DNA of 42,940 nt from Bacteroidota bacterium (GCA_021789755.1 JAJYJD010000001.1:1-42940), one strand, 5' to 3'; positions 25,801-35,378 are shown, counted from the stretch's first letter. The notes: generated by a model not told the origin, from the letters alone. Made by a program: numbers and translations.

Positions 25801-27087
25801 CTATTTCACGAGTTCTCTCTCGCGCTCTTGCTCGATTTCAACTTCCTTTTTCGGTATCATTCTCAGGAAATCGCCGTATTTCATCGGCTCCTCCAGTCTG
25901 CATGACCAGACGAGCTGCTCTTTTCCGTTTTCATCTTTCCAGTACGTGATGTCCGGGCAGCCGTCGCACATGCTCTGGTCTCCGTTCGGCATCAGATCGA
26001 CAGGCTGGATGATCATGATGGACTGCATGTGGACCTTCTTGAACAGCCTGAATGGGTTGACCGCCAGGTACTTCAGGTATTTCCCGAGCGCGCGTCTGAT
26101 CCCTTTGTCGGCACCCCACGTTGCCAGCAGCGTCGTCCTCCCGAGGCCGAGGGTCTTCGGAGAGGCATAGGAAATATATTTGTCATGCCTGTAGTGATAG
26201 AGTGTCATCACGAGCTCGAGGAATTTGCTCCCCGCGTAGCCGAATATCCTGTCCCTCGTGCCGATCCGCTCGGTCAGGAGCCACTTGAAATGGTCCGGCC
26301 TGTGGGTGCCGTTCAGATATGCCGCGGGTTCAAAATCGGGATACCGCTCGCGTATCTTCGCTACGACGTCAGGCGCCATTATGTCTATGACCTCGCTCTT
26401 GTCGGAGTGGTAGTGGATGTCTTCCATTACGATTTTTCTGTCACCGGCATAATAGTCAAAGGGGGTGTCCGGAGTTATGTACCGGAAGATGATGAAGACC
26501 ATCGTATGGACGATGTCGATATGCTTCTGCGCCCATTCGACCAGATCGGGGACGTACTGGAGCGTGTCCGCGTAGACCGTCGAATTGAAAGAGCAGGCAA
26601 TTCCTCCTTCCGCGGCGACCATTTCAGCGTAATGGAGCCTGAGCTCGTTAAGCTCAAGCTCGTTCTTGCCGAGCCATTCCTTCTCCCGTCCTCTCCCTTG
26701 CTTGCTGTCGATGTGGAATGTGAAACCGAAGATACCGGCCTTCTTCAGATCATGCAGGAGTTCTTTCGTGAGAGCTATGCCGTTCGTGTTTATGATCGGC
26801 TTCAGGCCTCGCCTTTTAATGTCCGCGATCAGCGGGACGATGTCGGGGTAGAGGAGGGGGTCTCCGCCGGCGATCGAGATGCAGTCCGTTTTCCTCACCG
26901 ATTGAAAGAAATCGAGCTCGTGTTTGACTTCTTCGAGCGGTTTGTGGGAGTTTTTCACGTTCTTACGGTAGCATCCGTAGCAGTTCAAATTGCACTGCGC
27001 CGTCGGTTCCAGCCAGGTAATTCCGTTGTCGGGCATTGTCCACGGCAGGCGGTACAACTCCCTTTGATCGACAACCAGGTTATCCAT
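25801..27087 (-). CDS. Radical SAM enzyme of unassigned subfamily
   Basis: The CX3CX2C cluster motif CNLNCYGCY lies at aa 32-40, with a GGDPLL SAM-binding-like motif. The ~250-aa C-terminal extension ends in CDGCPD...WSC. Confidence 0.85.
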   Translation of the reverse strand: MDNLVVDQRELYRLPWTMPDNGITWLEPTAQCNLNCYGCYRKNVKNSHKPLEEVKHELDFFQSVRKTDCISIAGGDPLLYPDIVPLIADIKRRGLKPIINTNGIALTKELLHDLKKAGIFGFTFHIDSKQGRGREKEWLGKNELELNELRLHYAEMVAAEGGIACSFNSTVYADTLQYVPDLVEWAQKHIDIVHTMVFIIFRYITPDTPFDYYAGDRKIVMEDIHYHSDKSEVIDIMAPDVVAKIRERYPDFEPAAYLNGTHRPDHFKWLLTERIGTRDRIFGYAGSKFLELVMTLYHYRHDKYISYASPKTLGLGRTTLLATWGADKGIRRALGKYLKYLAVNPFRLFKKVHMQSIMIIQPVDLMPNGDQSMCDGCPDITYWKDENGKEQLVWSCRLEEPMKYGDFLRMIPKKEVEIEQERERELVK

Positions 27088-27405
27088 GAGAGACTCCTTT
27101 TTTATCTCTTCGATTTCTCGCGAATGTGTTTAATGAACCGGGAGAGTTATTGCGGCTGGCGATGCCGATAAACAACTGACGTCTCTCCTAAGGTTCGATC
27201 TCTATATGGAAGTAAGTGCCGCAGACGCTTTGCCGCATACGAACGCGGAATTTTGAGCGGCGGAAGCACTTTTTCTAACTCTGTCTGTCTATCTATCTCT
27301 ATATTTATGTGTAAACCCGGAGATTCTCGGGCTGAACTTAAACGAGTTTACTAACGTGGATGGCAAAAGTCAAGACGAACGATGCCGATATCCTTCAGTC
27401 CCAAA

Positions 27406-28929
27406 CTATTTAAGAAGCAACATTTTCTTCACGGTAACATAACTCCCTGCGCTGAGCCTGTAAAAGTACACTCCGCTCGCAAGCCCGCGGCTGTCGAAAG
27501 TCACCAAATGTTCACCCGGCGTCTGTCTGGCATCGACCAGTGTCTTCACATTTCTTCCGAGAACGTCATAGACGGTTATGGCAACGTGGCTAACGGCCGA
27601 AAGGCGGTAACTTATCGTAGTCGTGGGGTTGAATGGGTTGGGGTAGTTTTGATTCAGGGTGAACCGCGAAACGGGATCTGGATGTGGGTCTACGGCGCCG
27701 ATGGTGAAGAAGAAACTTCTCGAGTAGATATGCGATCGACCTGTGCGGTCGCTTTGAAAAACCGCGAGCCCGATGGCTTGACTTCCGCTGAAGCCGCATA
27801 TCGATCTTGAAATTGACGGGTTCTGATTGCTTCCTGGCGTTCCGATTGTGTCGACGGATGTCGCACCAAGTCCGAATACCAGCGAAGTATCGGAACCTGT
27901 CCTGCTCTCCCAGACGGCAAACCCAAGCAAGGCAGACTGCGTGTTCTTTTGGAAGCCACGTTGATTTATCCCCACGAACGGTGGTAGGTAAGATACGAGA
28001 TTAAGATTATCCGATATTGAATCGCCCGCAGCCAGATCGGCCTGCCATGCAGCCCGATACCCTCCGTAGCTTGCCATCCAGGCTTGAAATCTCCCGCTGT
28101 CTTTCAGATCGAATGTGAGGCTGGGATAATACGATACCATGAATTGGGGGTCCTCTATATCTCCATTGAGCGCAATCGTGTCCGATGCAGAGACCGTCAG
28201 GGAATCCGTCATCTGCACATCCCCGATAGTGCAGTACGTTTTCCCGCTCGTGTCCTTGTTTGTCCAAACGAGGTTTTGGTCAGATACGACAAAATCGAAA
28301 TCAAACTGAGTGCTGTCCGTGTTGGAATCAACAAGCCGTTTCTGGCGCGAGATGCCGCTTTCGCCGGCGACCGAGTAATATATAGTTGAGTCTCTTCTCC
28401 AGATTATCACGATGCTTGTATCGGTGAGACCTCTTACCTCTGGGTTTTCGTTATCGACAGAATCCTGTGTCAGCGGAGCGGGAGCGGACCAGTTTGAGCT
28501 GTCCCCAACACACGTGCTATAGTAGATGTTCCACACGCTGTCGGATCTCTCCTGCCACGCCGCGACCGTGAATGATTTTATCTTGTACACGGAATCTATC
28601 AATACCTCACCAAACACCGTGCAGACGTCTGGAAGGCTCTGTAGAACTCCGAAAGATGGTGGAGAGACAGTGTAAATGTTCGGGTCCCATCTCGTCTGAC
28701 CCCCGATATATCTCACGCCCGAAATTGATGAGATCCCCTTATTCTGTCTCTCGAAGATCACCCAAGTGGGTTCTGAGTCCCCCCAATACCGGGGGCTTTC
28801 ATGGGCAATGTGCGGATTGAAATCGTCGAAATTGCCCGAGGTTAATGTGTCAACTTTTCCCCACTGGGAATAAACCTTTCCAAGTGGCACGGTTACGAAT
28901 AACAACAGGAATGCCAACATCTTGCCCAT
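27406..28929 (-). CDS. Secreted T9SS cargo protein with a repeated beta-propeller-like body
   Basis: A signal peptide (MLAFLLLFVTVPLGKVYS) is followed by 6-7 recurrences of a W-x-E/R...IYYS-type motif every ~50-60 aa. The C-terminus is a Por sorting domain (LNQNYPNPFNPTTTISYRL...VYFYRLSAGSYVTVKKMLLLK). Confidence 0.85.
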   Translation of the reverse strand: MGKMLAFLLLFVTVPLGKVYSQWGKVDTLTSGNFDDFNPHIAHESPRYWGDSEPTWVIFERQNKGISSISGVRYIGGQTRWDPNIYTVSPPSFGVLQSLPDVCTVFGEVLIDSVYKIKSFTVAAWQERSDSVWNIYYSTCVGDSSNWSAPAPLTQDSVDNENPEVRGLTDTSIVIIWRRDSTIYYSVAGESGISRQKRLVDSNTDSTQFDFDFVVSDQNLVWTNKDTSGKTYCTIGDVQMTDSLTVSASDTIALNGDIEDPQFMVSYYPSLTFDLKDSGRFQAWMASYGGYRAAWQADLAAGDSISDNLNLVSYLPPFVGINQRGFQKNTQSALLGFAVWESRTGSDTSLVFGLGATSVDTIGTPGSNQNPSISRSICGFSGSQAIGLAVFQSDRTGRSHIYSRSFFFTIGAVDPHPDPVSRFTLNQNYPNPFNPTTTISYRLSAVSHVAITVYDVLGRNVKTLVDARQTPGEHLVTFDSRGLASGVYFYRLSAGSYVTVKKMLLLK

Positions 28930-29025
28930 AATAATCCCCTTTTGCCGACAGGGGCAATTTAGAAGAGAACGGGGGTTAAGTCAAACTGGCCGTGAACCTT
29001 GCGCAGGTTTCCGGCCTTCGCAAGG

Positions 29026-30063
29026 TTACAAAGCTTTCTCGACTTCCGTCTTAATGAGCTTTCCGAGCGATCTCGATTTAAGCTTGCGTGTGAAGATAAC
29101 CGCGAAGATCGAACCGACAATCGTGATAGCGATGTATCCGAAGAGGTGTGTGAGTGTCGCGTATGTCAGTGCTTCGTCCTTAGGCACGCCGGATATTACG
29201 ACGAGAGCCTCCGACACGAACAGGTGGTACACTCCTGTTCCGCCGGGACTCGGCACCGACCACGCTATGCTGGTGATGAGAATAAGTAGAAAGGCATCAT
29301 AAAGCGTCAAGTGCAGTCGGGCTCCGAAACCGAAGGCAAAGAACGGAATGTACATCGTGTAGATGTAAGCAATCCAGATGAGAGCCGTGTACGCGGTCAC
29401 GAGAGCCATCCGCTTGCCGGACCGCAGGAGACGGAACGATTTGAGAAACGAGAGGATTATACTCTCGGCTTTCCTGGCAAGCTTTGACGGTAAAACCGCT
29501 TCGATTACACGCAGAATTGTTTTCTGAAATTTTTCTGAAATGGACGCTATGTAGAGGACCGAACCGATAACAACGGACCCCGCAAAAAGCACAACGCCGG
29601 CGATGCGCAGAAAAGGGAACGACTCGATAAGGTCTCCGCGGTAAAGGAACAGCGCAACCCCGAAAAGCACCCCGGCCGAAAGCATGTCGAAAAGTCTCTC
29701 GAGCACGATCGTTCCCAGAACGCCGCTGACGCTTATCTCCTCAAGCCTTCCCGTGGCGTACGCGCGGACAATTTCACCGAGCCGCGGGACAAAGTTGTTG
29801 AAAAGATAGCCGACCATGATGCTTCCCCATGTATCGACCACGGATATCTCGTTCTTAAGCTCCTGCAGTATTACCCGCCATCGCAGTGCGCGTATGAAAT
29901 GGCTCAACAGAACAACCAGCGTTGCCAGCAGCAGGATATAGAAGTTTGCACGAAGCGCGTCATGGAGGAGTGATTTGAATGATATTCCCCTGAAAGCGAT
30001 GTAAACAAAGAAGGCTGCAATTACAAGCCCGACCAGGGTCCGCAGGAGATTGGATTTCTTCAA
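29026..30063 (-). CDS. UPF0104 / lysylphosphatidylglycerol-synthase-TM-like (flippase-like) integral membrane protein
   Basis: The 345-aa protein has ~8 TM segments. Its N-terminal pattern (FVYIAFRGISFKSL...LRALRWRVIL) is typical of this family. Confidence 0.7.
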   Translation of the reverse strand: MKKSNLLRTLVGLVIAAFFVYIAFRGISFKSLLHDALRANFYILLLATLVVLLSHFIRALRWRVILQELKNEISVVDTWGSIMVGYLFNNFVPRLGEIVRAYATGRLEEISVSGVLGTIVLERLFDMLSAGVLFGVALFLYRGDLIESFPFLRIAGVVLFAGSVVIGSVLYIASISEKFQKTILRVIEAVLPSKLARKAESIILSFLKSFRLLRSGKRMALVTAYTALIWIAYIYTMYIPFFAFGFGARLHLTLYDAFLLILITSIAWSVPSPGGTGVYHLFVSEALVVISGVPKDEALTYATLTHLFGYIAITIVGSIFAVIFTRKLKSRSLGKLIKTEVEKAL

Positions 30064-30108
30064 TCGACTGTCATTTCCGTGTCTTGTTTCAAAGGAGGGT
30101 GAGCCCCG

Positions 30109-30750
30109 TCAGTGCTGGCGCAGGTCCACTACCTGTGCCCCCTTCGGGGGAACAAACTCGAACTTCGAGTCGGGGAGACCCGTATTCATCGCCAGACTGT
30201 CGACCTTGTATGTGTATCTCGTATCGTTCATGTCGGCAACCTCGGCGCTGCGGACAGTCCAGTCGCTGTTGATGACAATCCTGATCGACCTGATGAACGA
30301 ATTATCGCTCTTCGGCGTCAGCCGCAAGGTGTAGGCGTAACCGCTGTCCAGCTGTCTCGTTGAGAGAAGAACCGCGAAGTAATCTGATGGGACATTCAAA
30401 AGAAACTTGTCGGGCGTAATCGTGTTCTTGTCGTCGCGGAAATTGTCGATCAATACCTGCTGGGAACCGGGGAGGTACACCCATGAAGTCTTGCCGTCAG
30501 TCACTATCACCTTGTCATCGGTGTCTATGCGGTACATGTTCCTCTTTTTCAGGAAGAGCGTTCCCGTTATTGTCTTCGAGAGCTTCGAAAGAGGATAGAC
30601 CACCGTTTGCGTGAAGCGGATAGTGGCGTCTTTGGTTTGATTGTAATTCTCCTGGACGTTTCGGACTATCTCCGAGGCTGTCGGGGTACCGGCGAAGGAA
30701 GGCAACGCCGCAAACACTGTCAGTGCAAAGGCAACGAGAAATCTTTTCAT
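30109..30750 (-). CDS. lolA: Outer-membrane lipoprotein carrier protein LolA-like
   Basis: After a signal peptide MKRFLVAFALTVFAALPSFA come LolA-like motifs (F.Q....S.....GTLFLKKRNMYRIDT...DGKTSWVY). It lies downstream of ftsK, as in many bacteria. The start is set at the ATG at 30750, which has a GGAGG Shine-Dalgarno sequence. Confidence 0.8.
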   Translation of the reverse strand: MKRFLVAFALTVFAALPSFAGTPTASEIVRNVQENYNQTKDATIRFTQTVVYPLSKLSKTITGTLFLKKRNMYRIDTDDKVIVTDGKTSWVYLPGSQQVLIDNFRDDKNTITPDKFLLNVPSDYFAVLLSTRQLDSGYAYTLRLTPKSDNSFIRSIRIVINSDWTVRSAEVADMNDTRYTYKVDSLAMNTGLPDSKFEFVPPKGAQVVDLRQH

Positions 30751-31020
30751 ATCGGGCACCTCCAAACTATACTGGGTCGAAGAACAAAATTCAAGCTAAA
30801 AATTGCGGCACGCGCCCCGGAACGAAACCGCGGACGCCGAGGATTAGTCAGAGGAAGGCAGAGAAAAATCTCCTCATCATACTCTGTGTATCATTCGCGG
30901 TACTCTGCGGTTGACAAGACTTGAGCTTGACTCCTGCCCGGACCTGCGGAGTTGCCAAATTTCCGGAGGCAAACAGGTCCGGTTGTTCTCAATGTTCAGT
31001 TCTTGTATCTCGCTTGCAAG

Positions 31021-33498
31021 TCATATCCCCAATTCGCGCAGCTTATCGTTGAGAGCTTCTTCGCTCTCCAGCAGGACCTCTCTTCCTTTGCTCCCTTCGA
31101 AGGGTCCGATAATTCCTGCAGATTCGAGTTCGTCGATCACGCGGGCAGCTCTTCCGTAACCCAGCTTCAACCTTCTCTGGAGAAACGATGTAGAGGCCTG
31201 CTGGTGCCTGACAACAAGCAGCGCCGCTTCTTCGAACATCTCGTCGAATTCTGATGCCAGCGCGCCGCCGTTCTTCTTCCTGTTCAAAACCGAAGGGAGC
31301 TGGTAAGGCTTCGAGTAACCCTGTTGCGCCGATATAAAATCCACGACTCTTTCTATTTCTTCCGTCGAGAGGAACGAGTTCTGCATTCTCTCCGGCTTTG
31401 AGCTGCCGGCCGCGAGATAAAGCATGTCGCCGTTGCCCAGGAGCTGCTCGGAGCCGTTCTGGTCGAGTATCGTTCGCGAATCGATGCGAGATGCGACCTG
31501 GTAAGCGATGCGGGCCGGGAAGTTTGCCTTTATGAGGCCTGTGATTACGTCGACGGACGGTCGCTGTGTGGCCAGAACCAGGTGTATGCCTACAGCCCGC
31601 GCAAGCTGGGCGAGACGCGTGATGGGGTCCTCGACCTCGTGTGCGGCGGTCAGCATCAGGTCCGCGAGCTCGTCGATGACAATCACGATATAGGGCAGCC
31701 TGGTGAATTTTGCCTCTTCTGTGTCCTTGAGCTTGCCTTCTGCGAATTTCTTGTTGTAATCCTGAATATTGCGGACCCCGGCTTTCGCAAGGATGTTGTA
31801 GCGCTTGTCCATTTCCGCCTCTGCGCACTTGAGAGCGAGCACGGCATTGCCCGATTCTGTTATGATCTCTTCGGGCACGTCAGGCGACACCGCAAGGAAA
31901 TGCCTGTTCAATTTACGGTACAACGACAGCTCGATCTTCTTCGGATCGATTATTACAAACTTGATTTCGCTCGGATGGAGCTTGTAGATCATGCTCATCA
32001 TGATCGTGTTTATCCCGACGCTCTTGCCCGACCCTGTCGCGCCGGCGATCAGCAAATGCGGCATGCGGGACAAGTCGTCGACGACGACGTCCCCGGTCGT
32101 GGTCTTTCCCATCGCCAACGGGAGATTGAACCGCATATCTTTGAACTTCGGCGACGAGACGATGCTGCGGAACCGGACGATCTGCGGTTTCTTATTCGGG
32201 ATCTCGACTCCGACAGCACCCTTTCCCGGGATCGGCGCGATAATTCTTATGCCGCGGGCCTGAAGTGCAAGCGCCAAATCGTCGGCAAGGCTCGTGATCC
32301 GGCTGATCTTCACGCCCTGTGCCGGTACAAGCTCATATAGAGTGACGACGGGGCCGGGAATCACGCTGACGCTTTCGATCTGGATGTCGAAGACTTCTAA
32401 CTTCGAGCGGAGCAGGTCGGCATTTGCCCGCAGTTCTTCGTCTGAGACCTTGTCGACCTCCATCGGAACATCCAGAAGGTCCAGCGAAGGGGGGGTGTAC
32501 TCAATTTCTTCGTCGACGTTTTCCGATTCGAAGGTCTCTCCGCCGGCTGGCACAGCGGCAGCGACTTTCCTTGAGTAGAGCTGCCGTTCTTCCACTTCCC
32601 CGCCGGATTCGGGCTCTTCCTCCTCGACCTCCTCATCCTCGGGAAGTTCCGGCTTTGCCAGCGTCCGCTTCACGAGTTCTTTCGCTTCGTCGAGGAGGCT
32701 GGTGTCCGGCTTCTGCCTGGGCTCTTCACGGACAATCTTCACAGGAGCGGCCGTTCCTTTTCCGGTGTCCTCACCTTCTGCGGCTGACCTGGCGATCTTC
32801 ACGGCTCCTCCACCGCCTCTTCCGGCACCGCCCAGAGATGCGAAAAGGGCTTTCACCGAGTTGAAGAGCCACGCCGCCGCGGACTCGAACATATCCAGAA
32901 GGTCGCGCGGGGAAAGTTTAAGAGTGAATACCACGAGGGCGAACAGCAAAAGAAATATTACGCCTCCGCAGCCGACTGCCCCGAACGCGCGAATGAGGGC
33001 GAGAGAAGAAAACTGTCCGATAAGGCCGTACCATTCCTTGCCGAACTTGTCTGTCCCGAAGAGTGTCTTCAGGTATCCGGAGAGGAGCGAGATCATAAAC
33101 GCGTAGAGAAGGACCATCGTGCTGGCGCGGGCAGCTTTGACGAAATCTCTTTTAAGAAGCGCCGACCAGCTGAAGATAAGGAGTATGGCGGGAAAAGCTA
33201 TGGAGAAGTAGCCGAGCGTCGAGTTGACGAAGAAATTCGCGATGTATGCACCGAAGATGCCGAGCCAGTTGTGTATCGTGTCGGCCTTGCTCCGAATGCT
33301 CTCGTCGCCCAGGAGCAGCTTGAAGGTGTCGAAGAAGCCTATCTCCGAACTCGCATCGTCCGCCGGCGAATATGACACAATGCTCAGACTTACAAGTATG
33401 GAGATAATTATCAGCGAGAAGTTGATGACTTCCGAACGGAGCGATTTTTTAGGTTTCTTCTTCCCGTTCTTTTCAGTTGTTTCTTTTGCTTCAGCCAT
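31021..33498 (-). CDS. ftsK: DNA translocase FtsK/SpoIIIE
   Basis: N-terminal TM helices are followed by an acidic/Pro-rich linker. The motor domain has Walker A GATGSGKS and Walker B IVIVIDELADL. The gamma winged helix reads ASTSFLQRRLKLGYGRAARVIDELE. Confidence 0.95.
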   Translation of the reverse strand: MAEAKETTEKNGKKKPKKSLRSEVINFSLIIISILVSLSIVSYSPADDASSEIGFFDTFKLLLGDESIRSKADTIHNWLGIFGAYIANFFVNSTLGYFSIAFPAILLIFSWSALLKRDFVKAARASTMVLLYAFMISLLSGYLKTLFGTDKFGKEWYGLIGQFSSLALIRAFGAVGCGGVIFLLLFALVVFTLKLSPRDLLDMFESAAAWLFNSVKALFASLGGAGRGGGGAVKIARSAAEGEDTGKGTAAPVKIVREEPRQKPDTSLLDEAKELVKRTLAKPELPEDEEVEEEEPESGGEVEERQLYSRKVAAAVPAGGETFESENVDEEIEYTPPSLDLLDVPMEVDKVSDEELRANADLLRSKLEVFDIQIESVSVIPGPVVTLYELVPAQGVKISRITSLADDLALALQARGIRIIAPIPGKGAVGVEIPNKKPQIVRFRSIVSSPKFKDMRFNLPLAMGKTTTGDVVVDDLSRMPHLLIAGATGSGKSVGINTIMMSMIYKLHPSEIKFVIIDPKKIELSLYRKLNRHFLAVSPDVPEEIITESGNAVLALKCAEAEMDKRYNILAKAGVRNIQDYNKKFAEGKLKDTEEAKFTRLPYIVIVIDELADLMLTAAHEVEDPITRLAQLARAVGIHLVLATQRPSVDVITGLIKANFPARIAYQVASRIDSRTILDQNGSEQLLGNGDMLYLAAGSSKPERMQNSFLSTEEIERVVDFISAQQGYSKPYQLPSVLNRKKNGGALASEFDEMFEEAALLVVRHQQASTSFLQRRLKLGYGRAARVIDELESAGIIGPFEGSKGREVLLESEEALNDKLRELGI

Positions 33499-34263
33499 TC
33501 ACACTTGTGTCGTTTGATCCGTCTTGGGCGCAGCTTCCGGGACGGAATATCTCAGTTTCACGCTCTGACCCGACGCGACCGGGACCACCGGGACGCTGTC
33601 GACTTTCGCGCAGAGTGCGAGGTCGTTCTCGAATCCGATAGAGATCAGGTACTTGCCGTGCATCGACTTTTTCAGCATTCCAAGAATACTCTTCTTGAAG
33701 TTCTTGTACAAAATGACCGCGGTAAGCCCCGCGTCCTCGATATCGACATCGGTCAACGCCTCGACCTGTGAAATGATCATACCTGCGCAGGCAGCGTCTT
33801 CGACCGAGAAGGCACCTTGTCGTCCGGAACACAGTATTGTCCATGTTCCTCCGATCTCCGCGACTGCCTGCACGATTGCCGACACGTTTACAAAGCCGGC
33901 GACGAACGCGGTGGAGGCGTACCTGCATTTATAAATTGCACCGGCGCCGTTGGTTGTACTGAATATGATCGACTTCCCGGTGACTTTTTCCGGAGTGTAT
34001 TCCGCAGGTGAATTGCCGAGGTCGAAACCGTCGATCTTCTTTCCCTGTCTTTCGCCGCCGAGCAGGCGCGCGTCGCTGCTCAGGTTCGAAGATATCTTCG
34101 TCGCGTTCACCACATCAGGAGTGGGTATTATCTCGCGGGCGCCGTTCCGGAGAGCGGTGCAGATGGTCGTTGTCGCGCGAAGGACGTCGATTATTACGAC
34201 GTTTCGACCTCGCATGCTCAGCTCGTCCACCTCCGATGGTGAAAAGTAGACTTCAAATTTCAT
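33499..34263 (-). CDS. comB: 2-phosphosulfolactate phosphatase (ComB) family protein
   Basis: VVIIDVLRATTTICTAL and FDLGNSP are characteristic of the ComB family. The stop codon abuts the ftsK ATG. Confidence 0.75.
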   Translation of the reverse strand: MKFEVYFSPSEVDELSMRGRNVVIIDVLRATTTICTALRNGAREIIPTPDVVNATKISSNLSSDARLLGGERQGKKIDGFDLGNSPAEYTPEKVTGKSIIFSTTNGAGAIYKCRYASTAFVAGFVNVSAIVQAVAEIGGTWTILCSGRQGAFSVEDAACAGMIISQVEALTDVDIEDAGLTAVILYKNFKKSILGMLKKSMHGKYLISIGFENDLALCAKVDSVPVVPVASGQSVKLRYSVPEAAPKTDQTTQV

Positions 34264-34271
34264 CTATCCCC

Positions 34272-35378
34272 TCAATTCTTCTTCGCAACAAAAGGAAGTT
34301 TAACGACGTGTGCGCGCGCTTTCCTCCCGCGAATGTCTACCGTAAGCTCCTTGTTTTCCGCCGCGTGGGATGTCTCGACATAACCCATCCCGATTCCAAA
34401 TTCCAGCGACGGCGAGAAAGTCCCGCTTGTCACAACGCCGATTTTCCCGCTCTCCGAAGATCCCCCCGAAGGGGCTGAATAAATCCCGTAGCCGTGTCGA
34501 GGAATGGCGCTCTCATCCATCCTGAAGCCGACCAGCTTACGAGTGATGTTCTGCTTCGCCTTGACGATCGCGTCGCGACCGACAAAATCTCCCTTGTCTG
34601 TCTTTGTTATCCAACCGAGTCCCGCCTCGATGGGGTTCGTGGTCTCGTCAATGTCGTTTCCATATAGACAATATCCCATCTCGAGTCTCAGCGTGTCCCT
34701 TGCGCCCAGCCCGACAGGCGTAATGCCGAAATCCTTTCCGGCCTCGAAAATCTCATCCCACATTTTCCGGCAGTCTCCGTCCTTGGCGCCGAAGAAAACC
34801 TCGAACCCGACTTCTCCAGTATAACCGGTCCGCGATATTATTGCGTCGATCCCCGCGATTTTTCCTTCCGTGAAATGATAATATTGGATCGCAGAGAGAT
34901 CTGTGTCTGTGAGTCTCGCGATCGTCGCCGGCGCGTTCGGTCCCTGGATCGACAAAAGGGCCGTGGCATCGCTGGCATTGTCAAGTTTCACGTCGCCCAT
35001 TATTCTCGAAGAAAACGCGCTGAAGTCCTTGTCGATATTTGACGCGTTTGCAACTATCATGTAGGCGTTGTCGAGCCTGTAAACGATCAAGTCGTCGAGG
35101 AGAAACCCCTTTTCGTTCACCAGCGCGGTATATTGCGCCCTTCCGGGGACAAGTTTCGTGACATCATTGAGTGTATTTCGCTGAAGGAACGCCTCGGCGT
35201 CTTTTCCATGGACGAAAAATTCGCCCATATGGGATACGTCGAACACACCCACGCTTTCGCGCACTCTTTTGTGCTCCTGCACGATGCCGGAGTATTGAAC
35301 AGGCATTTCGAAGCCCGCGAACTCTACCAGCTTTGCTCCAAGGCTCCTGTGGATATCGTTGAAAGGAGTTTTCTTCAT
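34272..35378 (-). CDS. gcvT: Glycine cleavage system aminomethyltransferase GcvT
   Basis: The N-terminus [29 protein letters not shown] and the motifs DVSHMG and GYTGE.GFE are present. The true ATG at 35378 overlaps the upstream TGA (ATGA). The ORF-track extension to 35699 runs into the transaldolase gene. Confidence 0.93.
   Translation of the reverse strand: MKKTPFNDIHRSLGAKLVEFAGFEMPVQYSGIVQEHKRVRESVGVFDVSHMGEFFVHGKDAEAFLQRNTLNDVTKLVPGRAQYTALVNEKGFLLDDLIVYRLDNAYMIVANASNIDKDFSAFSSRIMGDVKLDNASDATALLSIQGPNAPATIARLTDTDLSAIQYYHFTEGKIAGIDAIISRTGYTGEVGFEVFFGAKDGDCRKMWDEIFEAGKDFGITPVGLGARDTLRLEMGYCLYGNDIDETTNPIEAGLGWITKTDKGDFVGRDAIVKAKQNITRKLVGFRMDESAIPRHGYGIYSAPSGGSSESGKIGVVTSGTFSPSLEFGIGMGYVETSHAAENKELTVDIRGRKARAHVVKLPFVAKKN

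Noticed and set aside
25533-25949. 138-aa plus-strand ORF in the porin/radical SAM spacer, and a 46-aa minus-strand ORF in the same spacer
   Set aside because: There is no Shine-Dalgarno sequence. The ORF runs across the radical SAM terminator and into its 3' end, and it has no recognisable features. The region is better explained as promoter/operator DNA for the porin.
26029-27171. 380-aa ORF antisense to the radical SAM gene
   Set aside because: The minus-strand product has the CX3CX2C radical SAM motif, a Shine-Dalgarno sequence and a terminator. The plus-strand ORF is Arg/Val-rich with no features.
27188-27205. GGTTCGATC resembling a tRNA T-loop
   Set aside because: The flanking bases cannot form the 5-bp T-stem, and no acceptor or anticodon arms can be drawn. 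It is not a tRNA.
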